Shown here piece by piece: positions 42,088 through 52,216 of a stretch of 64,000 nucleotides of DNA. A program made the position numbers and the translations under genes. Every line of letters begins with the position of its first letter. The first letter of the stretch is position 1. A model generated the notes under the pieces. The model made no database searches, was not told where the DNA came from, and saw nothing but the letters and a program-made list of their open reading frames with translations. Source of the stretch: Rickettsiales bacterium (GTDB taxonomy: Bacteria; Pseudomonadota; Alphaproteobacteria; Rickettsiales; JABSSG01); the NCBI GenBank assembly GCA_020049805.1, contig JAGVLN010000014.1, positions 7,921-71,920 of the forward strand. The letters are read 5' to 3'.

Positions 42088-42855
42088 ATGCCAAATTCAG
42101 AAGTAAAAATCTTAGCAGAAAATTTGAATTTATTTTATGGGGATAAACAAGCTCTATTTGATATTAATATAGCATTGGAGAAAAACAAAGTTACAGCTTT
42201 AATCGGTCCATCAGGTTGTGGTAAGTCTTCATTCTTACGATGTATTAATAGGATGAATGACACTATTAAAGAATGTAAAATTACCGGCAAATTATATATA
42301 GACAAACAGAATGTATATAGTAAGTCTTTGGATGTAGTTCAACTTAGAACAAAAGTAGGAATGGTTTTTCAAAAGCCTAATCCTTTCCCTAAATCAATTT
42401 ATGAAAACATTGCTTATGCTCCTAGAATTCATGGGAAAGTTAAAAATAAAAGAGCTTTAGATCTTGTTGTAGAAACTAGCTTGATAAAGGCGGGGTTATT
42501 TGATGAAGTAAAAGACAATCTTAACTCCTCAGCTTTAGATTTGTCTGGTGGGCAGCAACAAAGGTTATGTATTGCACGCACTATAGCTATTGATCCTGAG
42601 ATTATTCTGATGGATGAGCCTTGTTCTGCTCTTGATCCTATTGCTACTGCTAAAATAGAAAAATTAATCGATGAATTACGTAAAAATTATACAATTATTA
42701 TTGTAACTCATTCAATGCAACAAGCAGGTAGAATCTCTCAAAATACAGCTTTTTTTCACTTAGGAAGAATTATAGAATATGGAAGTACCCAAAATATCTT
42801 TACTAATCCTAAATCCAAACAAACACAAAACTATGTCACAGGCAGATTTGGCTGA
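42088..42855 (+). CDS. pstB: phosphate ABC transporter ATP-binding protein
   Basis: [40 protein letters not shown]. Confidence 0.95.
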   Translation: MPNSEVKILAENLNLFYGDKQALFDINIALEKNKVTALIGPSGCGKSSFLRCINRMNDTIKECKITGKLYIDKQNVYSKSLDVVQLRTKVGMVFQKPNPFPKSIYENIAYAPRIHGKVKNKRALDLVVETSLIKAGLFDEVKDNLNSSALDLSGGQQQRLCIARTIAIDPEIILMDEPCSALDPIATAKIEKLIDELRKNYTIIIVTHSMQQAGRISQNTAFFHLGRIIEYGSTQNIFTNPKSKQTQNYVTGRFG

Positions 42856-42929
42856 TTACAGCAATTAATAAGTTATTAATGTTTTTCTGTTAAGATGAAT
42901 TTATAAGTAGTCAAATATGGAGAAATCTT

Positions 42930-43328
42930 ATGCCAAAGAAAGCTAAAAGCAGTACGATGTTAAGAATTATTACAGCTTTATCTGCATTGACAGCTGTTGG
43001 AGCAAAGCCAGTTTTAGGCAGAGTAGATCCAGACGGAACAAGGCATGGTGTACTCAAGCATAGTATAACTGAGAATAAAGGTATGACACATGCCTTAGAA
43101 GAAGGCACGATACCAATTATACCTGAGCTCCATAGAGGTAAAAAAACGGGTGAAGAGCCTGCTGTATATACTAAGGTGGCTAAAGATTCAGTTAAAGTAG
43201 CTAAGCCCCTTCTAGGAAGATTTAATGAAACTACTGGTAGACATCATGGTACATATAATCCTGATGTTGCTAAAACGACAAAAGATCCAAAGGGTTATTC
43301 TAAAAAGCCTACGAGACTGGGTCGCTAA
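42930..43328 (+). CDS. orphan small basic secreted protein with an internal AKP-[VL]-LGR...G-x-x-H-G repeat
   Basis: RBS GGAG lies 8 nt upstream of the ATG. Signal-peptide-like N-terminus MPKKAKSSTMLRIITALSALTAVGA|KP. 132 aa open in an AT-rich genome. Locally about 40% GC. No family recognised. Confidence 0.55.
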   Translation: MPKKAKSSTMLRIITALSALTAVGAKPVLGRVDPDGTRHGVLKHSITENKGMTHALEEGTIPIIPELHRGKKTGEEPAVYTKVAKDSVKVAKPLLGRFNETTGRHHGTYNPDVAKTTKDPKGYSKKPTRLGR

Positions 43329-43466
43329 GATTTAATTGCTTTATAAAATACAAGCGTAATTAAGTTACTTACCTTCTGCATCCTTTAATTACAAATTGAT
43401 ATATTTTTTATTTACATATTATTAAAAAATGCTATTCTGCAGAACTAATAATTATTTATGTAGATA

Positions 43467-44204
43467 TTGAATAATGGTTTTAATATGTCGCACTTACCTC
43501 CAACAATACTAATTATAGAACCTGATGTTGTTTTCAGAACGAGTATGTCTAATATATTAGAAAGGAATGGTTTTACCGTGCTAACGGTAAATACAGGTGA
43601 TGAAGCACTAAAAATGCTTGATAATATGTCTGAGTACAAAAAACCTAATATTATAATTATAAATTATAATTTACCAGGTTTATCAGGAATAGAAGTTTGT
43701 ACCATTTTACGTACAAAAAAGTTAATTAAGCCTATTCCGATAATATTGATAGCTACAGAAAATACTAAACTTGATGAAGTTAAAGGTTTAGAAAATGCTT
43801 TTGATGAATATTTAATTAAACCTTTTATTCAGAGTGAATTAATCTCTAAAGTAAAAGCAATATTAGGTAGAACAAGACCGACCTTATTATCTAAAACTGT
43901 TGAATATAAAGATCTAAAAATAGATCTTGCTTCTTTTAGAGTAATGAGAGGTAGTAGAGATATACATCTTGGTCCTACAGAATTTAAAATTTTACAATGT
44001 CTAATGGAGTCTCCAAAAAAGATATTCTCGCGAGAATATTTAATGAATTATGTTTGGGGTCAAAATAATAATGTCGAAATTAGAACTATCGATGTACATA
44101 TTAATAGGCTTAGAACCGCATTAAAAAATTCAAATGAAGATTTGCCATTTATAAAGACGGTTAGATCAGCAGGATATTGCTTAAGCTTACCAGGCGATAA
44201 TTAA
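43467..44204 (+). CDS. phoB: PhoB-type (OmpR family) winged-helix response regulator with a degenerate receiver (phospho-acceptor Asp replaced by Asn)
   Basis: The C-terminal half matches PhoB closely (LGPTEFKILQCLM, RTIDVHINRLRTAL, TVRSAGYCL). In the receiver, IIIINYNLPGLSG aligns to LILLDWMLPGGSG, and IIEPD aligns to VVEDE. ATG 43485 is an alternative start. Confidence 0.8.
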   Translation: MNNGFNMSHLPPTILIIEPDVVFRTSMSNILERNGFTVLTVNTGDEALKMLDNMSEYKKPNIIIINYNLPGLSGIEVCTILRTKKLIKPIPIILIATENTKLDEVKGLENAFDEYLIKPFIQSELISKVKAILGRTRPTLLSKTVEYKDLKIDLASFRVMRGSRDIHLGPTEFKILQCLMESPKKIFSREYLMNYVWGQNNNVEIRTIDVHINRLRTALKNSNEDLPFIKTVRSAGYCLSLPGDN

Positions 44205-44222
44205 ATCTATTTATTAAAATAA

Positions 44223-46001
44223 ATGAATATTACAGATCTGACTGATCCCAATAGATATTCTACTAAAAATCTTATAAAAAGATTAATTAAAAATTACGTA
44301 ACTAAGTACTCATCTCAGATGTATTTAGCAGTAGTGCTTATGGTTATCGTCTCAGCAGCAAGTGCTTTTCATGTATGGCTTGTGAAACCAGCATTAGACG
44401 GAATTTTTATTGATAAAAAACGTGAATTTTTAATTTTTATACCAATATTAGTAATTATAGTTTCGTTTGTTAAAGGGATTGCCGCTTATTATCAAAATTA
44501 TATAATTAAGTTTACTGGCCAAAGTATGGTAAATGACATACAACTAGAATTATATGATCATTTAATTTATTCAGATATAGAATTTCTCAAAAAACATTCC
44601 TCAGGTAATTTAATATCTAAATTTGTTAATGATATTACCACTTTACGTAATTCCTTAGCTAATATAATCACTAGTGTAGCTAGAGAATTATTAACAGTGA
44701 TATTCTTGGTAGGTATAATGTTTTATAACGATTTTACTTTATCTATTATTGCCTTTTTAGTATTTCCTCTAGCTGTCATTCCAATAATAAAAATGGGCAA
44801 AAGAATGCGCAAAATTGCTCATAAAACTCAGGATGAGCTAAGTAATTACACTATTAAATTGGATGAAATTTTTCGCAATATACGGATGGTTAAATCCTTT
44901 TGTCGAGAGGTATACGAAATTAAATCTGCAAGGCAGGTTTTAAATCAGATTTTAAAGTTCTATGCTAAAGCAATTAAAACAGATTCCTTAACTTCTCCAA
45001 TTATGGAAATGTTAAGTGGTTTTGCAATTGCGGCAGTAATTTGGTATGGCGGATTGCAGGTACTGAATGGATCTACTAGCCCAGGTAGTTTTTTCTCTTT
45101 TATTATTGCATTTATTTCTGCTTATAAACCAGTTAAGAGTTTAGCTGAGTTAAATGTATCTTTACAGATGGGTTTAGCCTCAGCCAAAAGAGTATTTATT
45201 ATTTTAGATACTGAAACTAAAATTGAAAATAAACAATATCCACATGAACTTATAATTAACCAAGGTAAAATTGAATTTAAGGATGTATCATTTAATCATA
45301 AGGAAGATCACATCACTATTCAAAATCTATCTTTTACTATTCAACCTGGGAAATTTGTAGCGCTTGTAGGGGCTTCTGGAAGTGGTAAATCTACTATCAT
45401 TGATTTGATTTTAAGATTTTATGATCCATTTGCTGGGGCGATATTTATTGATGATAAAAACATAAAAGAAGTTTCCCCTTTCTCTTTGAGAAATTCTATA
45501 TCATTAGTTAGTCAGGATATTATGTTATTTGATACTACAATTAAAGAAAATATCTTATATGGTAATATTGATGCTACTGATAAAGAAGTAGAAAAAGCTG
45601 CTAAAATTGCTGCTGCTCATGATTTTATAAAAGATTTGCCCGAAGGATATAACACGCAAGTGGGTCAATATGGTATTGAATTATCTGGTGGTCAAAGGCA
45701 GAGAATTTGTATAGCTAGAGCCATACTTAAAAAAAGTAAAATTCTTATTTTTGATGAAGCAACTTCTTCTTTAGATCAAATTTCTGAAGAGAGAATAAAA
45801 ACTTCAATAGATGCGCTAAGAAAAGAACGTACTATAATTGTTGTTGCGCATAGGCTATCTACCATTTTAAATGCTGATACTATTTATGTATTGCAAAAAG
45901 GTATAATAGTTGAGTCTGGAAGCCACGATCAATTATTAAAAAATAAGGGAGAGTACTTTAAATTATATAATAAACAAGTACATGATCATAAAAACTATTG
46001 A
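44223..46001 (+). CDS. ABC exporter, fused permease/ATPase (MsbA-like lipid/multidrug exporter)
   Basis: 592 aa with a 6-TM N-terminal half and an NBD carrying GASGSGKST, LSGGQRQRICIARA and IFDEATSSLD. Confidence 0.85.
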   Translation: MNITDLTDPNRYSTKNLIKRLIKNYVTKYSSQMYLAVVLMVIVSAASAFHVWLVKPALDGIFIDKKREFLIFIPILVIIVSFVKGIAAYYQNYIIKFTGQSMVNDIQLELYDHLIYSDIEFLKKHSSGNLISKFVNDITTLRNSLANIITSVARELLTVIFLVGIMFYNDFTLSIIAFLVFPLAVIPIIKMGKRMRKIAHKTQDELSNYTIKLDEIFRNIRMVKSFCREVYEIKSARQVLNQILKFYAKAIKTDSLTSPIMEMLSGFAIAAVIWYGGLQVLNGSTSPGSFFSFIIAFISAYKPVKSLAELNVSLQMGLASAKRVFIILDTETKIENKQYPHELIINQGKIEFKDVSFNHKEDHITIQNLSFTIQPGKFVALVGASGSGKSTIIDLILRFYDPFAGAIFIDDKNIKEVSPFSLRNSISLVSQDIMLFDTTIKENILYGNIDATDKEVEKAAKIAAAHDFIKDLPEGYNTQVGQYGIELSGGQRQRICIARAILKKSKILIFDEATSSLDQISEERIKTSIDALRKERTIIVVAHRLSTILNADTIYVLQKGIIVESGSHDQLLKNKGEYFKLYNKQVHDHKNY

Positions 46002-46057
46002 TTAATTAATGAAATTATACTTGAATCAATTTTAATTTAATATTTAAGGAGTATATT

Positions 46058-46471
46058 ATGTTTTCAAATATCGCGCTAGCTGCTGAAGAAGCAGTACAAA
46101 CATCTCAAACAGCAGTACAAGAATCTACGTTAATGAACTTTGTACCAATTATTTTAATTTTTCTAATATTTTATTTTTTATTAATCAGGCCTCAAGCCAA
46201 GAAGCAAAAAGAGCAACAAGCTTTAATTAATTCGGTAAAACGTGGCGATAAAGTTATTATTTCTGGTGGTATAGTTGCTACCTTTATTAAGGATGAAGAA
46301 GATGGTTTAGTGGAGGTAGAACTTGCTAAAGATTTAAGGATTAAGGCCTTAAAACATACTATTACTTCAATTATAAATAGGGATGCACAAGCAAATAAAG
46401 CTTCAGCACCATCTTCTAGTTCAGTAGCTGTTAAGAATGTAACTCCAAAAAAATCTAAAAAATCTAAATAA
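46058..46471 (+). CDS. yajC: preprotein translocase subunit YajC (with a Ser/Lys-rich C-terminal extension)
   Basis: FVPIILIFLIFYFLLIRPQAKKQKE...GDKVIISGGIV. RBS AAGGAG. Lies upstream of secD. Confidence 0.88.
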   Translation: MFSNIALAAEEAVQTSQTAVQESTLMNFVPIILIFLIFYFLLIRPQAKKQKEQQALINSVKRGDKVIISGGIVATFIKDEEDGLVEVELAKDLRIKALKHTITSIINRDAQANKASAPSSSSVAVKNVTPKKSKKSK

Positions 46472-46477
46472 AGAGTT

Positions 46478-48034
46478 ATGCAGACACCATATTGGAAAGT
46501 AATAGTTATTTTATTAGCTTGTTTTATAGGTATAGTAGGAGCTTTACCTAACTTTCTTGTGCAAGACTATAAATTTTTACCAGACCAAAGAATTAATTTT
46601 GGATTAGATTTAAGAGGTGGTTCTTATCTACTTTTAAAGGTCGATTTTGATTCATATTTAAAGGATCAGCTCGAAATAACAACTGATATGTTGAGAAGAG
46701 AGTTACGCAAGGATCAAGTTGGCTATTTTAATTTAGTGAATAAAGGTAAAGAGCTTACTTTAAATCTGCGCGATAACCAAGATGCCTCTAAACTTTCTTC
46801 AATAATTAAAAGCGTTAATAAGGATCTAAGCTATAATTACGATACTCAAAATGGTGTTGTAACTTTATATTTTTCTCCAGATCAGTTAGATGAATTACAA
46901 GATCGTTTAGTAGAGCAAGCTCGAGAAATTATTAGAATGCGCGTTGATGAATCTGGTACTAAAGAACCATCGATTCAAAGACAAGGAAAATTTAATATTT
47001 TATTACAAGTGCCAGGTTTGCAAGATCCAACAGATTTGAAAAGAATATTAGGTAAAACTGCGAAAATGACTTTCCATGTGGTGGATGAAAGTACGCCTGT
47101 AGACCAAGCTTTAAAAGGTATAATACCACCTGGTAGTCGTTTAATTTCTGGAGATAAAGATGAAAATGGCCATCAATATTGGTATATTATTAAAAATAAA
47201 TCAGTTTTAAGTGGTGATTTATTATCTGATGCTAAAGCAGTGTTATATAATGGTAAACCTGTTGTTTCATTTTCTCTTAATCGTGTAGGAGCAAAGCTTT
47301 TTGCAGATGTTACTAGACAAAATTCTGGTAAAAAATTAGCAATTGTAATTGATAATAAATTAATTAGCGCTCCAGTAATTAATGAGCCTATTTTAGGAGG
47401 CTCAGCTAACATATCAGGTAATTTTACTATTAATAGTGCTAATGAACTAGCATTGTTATTGCGTGCAGGAGCGTTGCCAGCTCCGATTTCAGTTGTGGAA
47501 GAGCGTACTGTTGGTCCAAATCTTGGAGAAGATTCTATTGAAGATGGAACTATTGCTTCAATTATTGGTATATCATTAATTGTAATATTTATGGTTGTGG
47601 TATATGGTTTATTTGGTCTATTTGCTTCTGTAGCTCTAGTATTTAATTTAGTATTTATTATTGCTATTATGACCTTTATCCAAGCAACTTTAACCCTCCC
47701 TGGTATTGCAGGTATTGTTTTAACAATGGGAATGGCAGTAGATGCCAACGTTTTAATTTTTGAACGTATTCAGGAGGAGTTATCTTTAAAAGGCACTTTA
47801 GTATATGCAATTGATCGTGGTTTTGCTCAAGCATTTGCAACTATATTTGATTCTAACATAACAGCATTAATCGCTACATTTTTCTTATATGAATTTGGTT
47901 CTGGAGTAGTAAAAGGCTTCGCAGTAACTTTAGCAATAGGTATTATATCTTCTATGTTTACTGCTATTAGCTTAACTAAGCTTATGATTATAGGTTGGTT
48001 AAAACTACATAAAAAACCTAAAGTTTCAGCTTAA
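46478..48034 (+). CDS. secD: protein translocase subunit SecD
   Basis: 518 aa with a large periplasmic domain and a C-terminal 5-TM block (LPGIAGIVLTMGMAVDANVLIFERI). Confidence 0.92.
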   Translation: MQTPYWKVIVILLACFIGIVGALPNFLVQDYKFLPDQRINFGLDLRGGSYLLLKVDFDSYLKDQLEITTDMLRRELRKDQVGYFNLVNKGKELTLNLRDNQDASKLSSIIKSVNKDLSYNYDTQNGVVTLYFSPDQLDELQDRLVEQAREIIRMRVDESGTKEPSIQRQGKFNILLQVPGLQDPTDLKRILGKTAKMTFHVVDESTPVDQALKGIIPPGSRLISGDKDENGHQYWYIIKNKSVLSGDLLSDAKAVLYNGKPVVSFSLNRVGAKLFADVTRQNSGKKLAIVIDNKLISAPVINEPILGGSANISGNFTINSANELALLLRAGALPAPISVVEERTVGPNLGEDSIEDGTIASIIGISLIVIFMVVVYGLFGLFASVALVFNLVFIIAIMTFIQATLTLPGIAGIVLTMGMAVDANVLIFERIQEELSLKGTLVYAIDRGFAQAFATIFDSNITALIATFFLYEFGSGVVKGFAVTLAIGIISSMFTAISLTKLMIIGWLKLHKKPKVSA

Positions 48035-48037
48035 AAC

Positions 48038-49240
48038 TCACTCTCTAATCTGAGAAAATTTCATAATCTCATGATTTTTAAGGATAAAAAACAGGTTAAT
48101 AACTGAAATGAAAACGAAGCCACTGATAATAATCCCGATATTTTGGAATGAGCCTTGGTAAAAATAGCCTGTGAGCTCAAGGCCTAGTGCAGTGAGGATA
48201 AGACGAGCCATATGAATTAAAGCTGATACTCGCCCCTTTGCTTGTCGTATAAAATTCAAGCATATAGGATATAATATTATGCCAGGAATAATACCGCCTA
48301 TATTGAAGGGAAGAAAAGCAAGAGTAATAAGTAGAGGATTATTACTATCGAGGAAAGTGACTAAGACAATGATAATTAACCCGAGTGCGCAGATTAAGCT
48401 TGAAATATATAGCATTTTCTTATGATCATATTTGTTAATAATTAGTCCACATAATATGCTTCCGAGCGCAAATATGAAGGCCCATGCTCCTTGATAATAA
48501 CCATATTGTGAAAGACTCACTCCTAAATCTTTTATGTATAGTATAGAAGACATTCCAAGGAAGATCCAGTAGGGTAAAAAACTGAATACAATATGTAAAA
48601 TCAAAAGCATCAAGGGTTTTGATTGAAACACAGGTATATACCCTCCTATAGAAATAGCTTCCTTATGTTTAGGCAGTTGATGATTAGGGATAAAAAATAC
48701 AGTCATTATTAGTACTATCAGCCCTAAAAGTAAAAGTACTATAAAATTACCCTGCCAATGAAAATACATGGTTATATAGCTGCCAGCAACAGGAGCAGCC
48801 CCTACAGCTAGGTTCATTAACCCATTCAGTATGCCCATTAAGTATTGCTGAGTTTTAAGAGCATAGGAATCAGCGATAATTAAAAAGCTAAGGGTTGCTG
48901 GAGCTGCCGCTCCTAAGCCTTGTAGAAAACGACCAACAATAAGAAATTTATATGATATTGTCCATAAACAAAGAATGCTGCCTATAATAAAGATCAAAAG
49001 GCCTAGTAGTATGATTGGTTTGCGACCATAGCGATCAGCCAGGCCTCCGACAAAGAACAGACTTAAACAAAATCCTATAAAATTAACTGACAATAAGGAT
49101 TCAACCCAAAACGGCGACAGGTTAAACTGACTTTGCAGTTCAGGAAAGCCAGGTACAAAGAGCTCTAATTCTGCTCCTCCTAATAAATCCATAAGGATAA
49201 TAGTTGCTAGAACTATACCCTTGGTAAATGCTCGCTTCAT
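48038..49240 (-). CDS. MFS transporter (Bcr/CflA-like drug:H+ antiporter family)
   Basis: 12 predicted TM segments and motif A GGLADRYGRKPIILLG. Confidence 0.8.
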   Translation of the reverse strand: MKRAFTKGIVLATIILMDLLGGAELELFVPGFPELQSQFNLSPFWVESLLSVNFIGFCLSLFFVGGLADRYGRKPIILLGLLIFIIGSILCLWTISYKFLIVGRFLQGLGAAAPATLSFLIIADSYALKTQQYLMGILNGLMNLAVGAAPVAGSYITMYFHWQGNFIVLLLLGLIVLIMTVFFIPNHQLPKHKEAISIGGYIPVFQSKPLMLLILHIVFSFLPYWIFLGMSSILYIKDLGVSLSQYGYYQGAWAFIFALGSILCGLIINKYDHKKMLYISSLICALGLIIIVLVTFLDSNNPLLITLAFLPFNIGGIIPGIILYPICLNFIRQAKGRVSALIHMARLILTALGLELTGYFYQGSFQNIGIIISGFVFISVINLFFILKNHEIMKFSQIRE

Positions 49241-49273
49241 TATATAAATTCACTTTATTAGTATATTTTAATA

Positions 49274-52117
49274 TTAAGCTAACTTTTTCCCTTTATCTAA
49301 ATATGGTTTCAAATATTCACCCGTAACGCTTTCTTTTACCTTAACAATTTCTTCTGGAGTTCCGCAGGCAACAATTTTTCCGCCTTTATCCCCGCCACCA
49401 GGTCCAACATCTATAATATAATCGGCGGTCTTAATGACGTCCATATTATGCTCAATCACTACTACAGTATTGCCTAATTCAACTAACTTATGTAAAACTT
49501 TAAGCAACTTATTAATATCGTCGGAATGTAAGCCGGTAGTGGGTTCATCGAAAATATATAAAGTTTTTCCTGTTGAACGTCTTGCTAACTCTTTAGCAAG
49601 TTTAACTCGTTGAGCTTCTCCTCCAGAAAGTGTAGTAGCAGATTGACCAATTTTTATATATCCTAATCCCACATCCATTAAAGCATCCATCTTTTCCTTA
49701 ATGACAGGAACTTTATCAAAGAAAAGCAATGCATCTTCTACAGTCATATCTAATACATCTGCAATAGATTTATCTTTATATTTTATTTCTAAAGTTTCAC
49801 GATTATATCGCTTTCCTTTACATTCCTCACAAGTTACATATACATCTGGTAGGAAATGCATTTCAATTTTAATTACGCCATCACCTTGGCAGGTTTCACA
49901 ACGTCCTCCTTTGACATTAAAAGAAAAGCGCCCAACTTTATAACCTCTAGCTTTAGCTTCTGGTAGGTTAGTGAACCAATCACGGATCGGACTAAATACC
50001 CCAGTATAAGTAGCAGGGTTAGATCGCGGAGTTCTGCCTATAGGAGATTGATCGATATCAATAACTTTATCTAAATATTCTAAGCCAGTTATAGTATCAT
50101 ATTTACCAGGTACTACAGAGGTCTGTTCAAGCTTTTTTATTGCTGCTTTATATAAAGTATGAATAATAAGGGTAGATTTCCCCCCACCTGAAACTCCAGC
50201 TACGCAAGTAAATGTACCAAGAGGTATTTTAATTTTTACATTTTGGAGATTATTAGAGCAAGCACCAGTTAATTGAATATAGCGATTATTTTGACCAGTA
50301 CGTCTTTTATTTGGAATTGGTATAAATTTTACACCTTTTAAATACTGCCCAGTAATGCTGTTATTGCACTCCATTACTTCTTCTGGCGTACCACAAGCTA
50401 TTACTTCTCCTCCATGTACACCAGCCCCGGGCCCAATATCGATGAGATAATCAGCTGTCATCATTGTTTCTTCGTCATGCTCTACTACTATCACAGTGTT
50501 ACCAATATCGCGGAGGTTTTTTAGAGTAGCGATTAGTCTTTTATTATCTGATTGATGTAACCCTATAGATGGTTCATCTAAAACATATAACACGCCAGTT
50601 AGGCCTGAACCGATTTGAGAAGCTAATCTAATTCTTTGACTCTCACCACCAGATAAGGTGCCAGCATTGCGCGATAATGTTAGATAATCTAATCCAACGT
50701 TTTTTAAAAATCCTATCCTTTCTTTCAGTTCTTTAATAACTCGTTCGGCGATTTTATTCTGAGTCACATCTAATTTATTTGGCAATTCGTAAAACCACTC
50801 ATATATATCAGTGATAGTGAAGTGTGAAACTTCGCCTATATGTAATCCAGCTATCTTGATACATAAGGATTCTGGCTTTAATCTATAACCATTACAACTG
50901 CTACAATGACGAGTTGATTGGAATTTTTCTAAATCTTCTTTCGCCCAATAATTTTCAGCATCATGAAATTTTTTCTGCAAATCTGGAATAACACCTTCAA
51001 ATGGTTTTTTTACAGTTTGTGTTCTCATGCCATCATTGAAGGTCATTTCGATTTCTTCTCCGTTAGTACCGTATAAAATTAATTTTTGTATGTCCTCTGG
51101 CAATTTGTTAAAAGGTACATCAAGACTAAATTTATAATGTATACTTAGGCTACGCAAAATTTGGGTTTGATATCTTGATTTAATAACTTCCCAAGGGGCA
51201 ATAACGCCTTCATTAAGCGATAAATTAGTATTAGGAATCACTAGTCCTTCATTAAAATAATGTTCAATTCCTATTCCTTCGCATACAGGACATGCTCCAA
51301 AAGGACTATTAAACGAAAAAATTCGCGGTTCGATTTCATCAATCTGGAAACCAGAGATAGGGCAAGCGTATTTTTCAGAAAATGTCATTACTTCGGTAGA
51401 ATCAAGAATTTCTACATGGATGATGCCGTTACCATATTTGAGACCTATTTCAATACTGTCAGCTAATCTATTACTTAATTCATCATTAATTGCTAATCTA
51501 TCAACTACTAACTCAATTACATGTTTTTTATTTTTATCAATTGTAGGTAAATCGTCTAAATCATATAAAATACCGTCAATTTTTACCCTCTGAAAACCTT
51601 GTTTTTTTAATTGAATCAATTCTTTGCGATGCTCTCCTTTTTCTCCTTTAATAATAGGTGCGAGAATATAGATTTTAGTATCCTTAGGAAGTCCGTTAAT
51701 AGCATCAACCATTTGAGAAACAGTTTGGCTTTGAATAGGTTTACCAGTTGCTGGAGAGTAAGGTATGCCTATTCGGGCATATAATAATCTTAAATAATCA
51801 TAAATTTCTGTGATAGTTCCGACCGTAGATCGAGGATTTTTTGAGGTTGTTTTTTGGTCTATAGCAATAGCAGGTGATAATCCACTTATATACTCAACAT
51901 TTGGTTTGTTTTGTAGTTGTAAGAATTGTCTAGCATATGCAGAAAGACTCTCAACATATCTTCTTTGGCCCTCGGCATATATAGTATCAAACGCTAAGGA
52001 GGATTTCCCAGAGCCGCTCAATCCTGTAATTACCACTAACTTATTTTTGGGTATCTCAACGTTAATATCTTTAAGATTATGTTCTTTTGCGCCTTTAATT
52101 TCTATTTTATCATCCAT
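49274..52117 (-). CDS. uvrA: excinuclease ABC subunit A
   Basis: 947 aa. [34 protein letters not shown], two ABC modules and zinc-finger Cys clusters. Confidence 0.96.
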   Translation of the reverse strand: MDDKIEIKGAKEHNLKDINVEIPKNKLVVITGLSGSGKSSLAFDTIYAEGQRRYVESLSAYARQFLQLQNKPNVEYISGLSPAIAIDQKTTSKNPRSTVGTITEIYDYLRLLYARIGIPYSPATGKPIQSQTVSQMVDAINGLPKDTKIYILAPIIKGEKGEHRKELIQLKKQGFQRVKIDGILYDLDDLPTIDKNKKHVIELVVDRLAINDELSNRLADSIEIGLKYGNGIIHVEILDSTEVMTFSEKYACPISGFQIDEIEPRIFSFNSPFGACPVCEGIGIEHYFNEGLVIPNTNLSLNEGVIAPWEVIKSRYQTQILRSLSIHYKFSLDVPFNKLPEDIQKLILYGTNGEEIEMTFNDGMRTQTVKKPFEGVIPDLQKKFHDAENYWAKEDLEKFQSTRHCSSCNGYRLKPESLCIKIAGLHIGEVSHFTITDIYEWFYELPNKLDVTQNKIAERVIKELKERIGFLKNVGLDYLTLSRNAGTLSGGESQRIRLASQIGSGLTGVLYVLDEPSIGLHQSDNKRLIATLKNLRDIGNTVIVVEHDEETMMTADYLIDIGPGAGVHGGEVIACGTPEEVMECNNSITGQYLKGVKFIPIPNKRRTGQNNRYIQLTGACSNNLQNVKIKIPLGTFTCVAGVSGGGKSTLIIHTLYKAAIKKLEQTSVVPGKYDTITGLEYLDKVIDIDQSPIGRTPRSNPATYTGVFSPIRDWFTNLPEAKARGYKVGRFSFNVKGGRCETCQGDGVIKIEMHFLPDVYVTCEECKGKRYNRETLEIKYKDKSIADVLDMTVEDALLFFDKVPVIKEKMDALMDVGLGYIKIGQSATTLSGGEAQRVKLAKELARRSTGKTLYIFDEPTTGLHSDDINKLLKVLHKLVELGNTVVVIEHNMDVIKTADYIIDVGPGGGDKGGKIVACGTPEEIVKVKESVTGEYLKPYLDKGKKLA

Positions 52118-52216
52118 AATTCACATACTTGCTTTTTTTGTTTACATCTTTATTGCATATTATATTGTGTTATAGGTAATATAAAAGGTTTTTTTAATAA
52201 TATAAGCGAGGTTAAA

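Noticed and set aside
42866-42890. The palindrome ATTAATAAGTTATTAAT after pstB, considered as a terminator.
   Set aside because: The stem is AT-only with a 1-nt loop, so it cannot form a stable hairpin. It is probably chance in AT-rich DNA.
47173-47748. A 191-aa minus-strand ORF, and many similar ORF-track entries: 24-212, 1007-1192, 5653-5904, 11239-11547, 13922-14173, 15613-15966, 19122-19463, 19793-20005, 20044-20283, 24799-25035, 28168-28392, 29984-30181, 31284-31496, 32340-32585, 34301-34510, 35579-35827, 37643-37828, 39205-39471, 40113-40457, 40461-40652, 41774-42094, 42911-43108, 43445-43639, 49701-49943, 51260-51466, 51810-52175, 52150-52332, 52971-53174, 56774-56965, 58835-59017, 60846-61094, 61259-61444, 62407-62610.
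   Set aside because: Each lies entirely inside, or antisense to, a confidently recognised conserved gene (secD, sucB, sucD, uvrA and others). Their translations are low-complexity with no family resemblance, so they are shadow ORFs.
52079-52216. The ORF-track N-terminal extension of ssb ([20 protein letters not shown]...).
   Set aside because: It overlaps the uvrA 5' end and the divergent promoter region. A canonical SSB N-terminus (MAGSLNKVLLIGNVG) with a GAGG RBS begins at 52217.
52118-52216. An SOS (LexA) operator in the divergent uvrA/ssb promoter region.
   Set aside because: I could find neither the alphaproteobacterial GTTC-N7-GTTC / GAAC-N7-GAAC direct repeat nor the CTGT-N8-ACAG palindrome.
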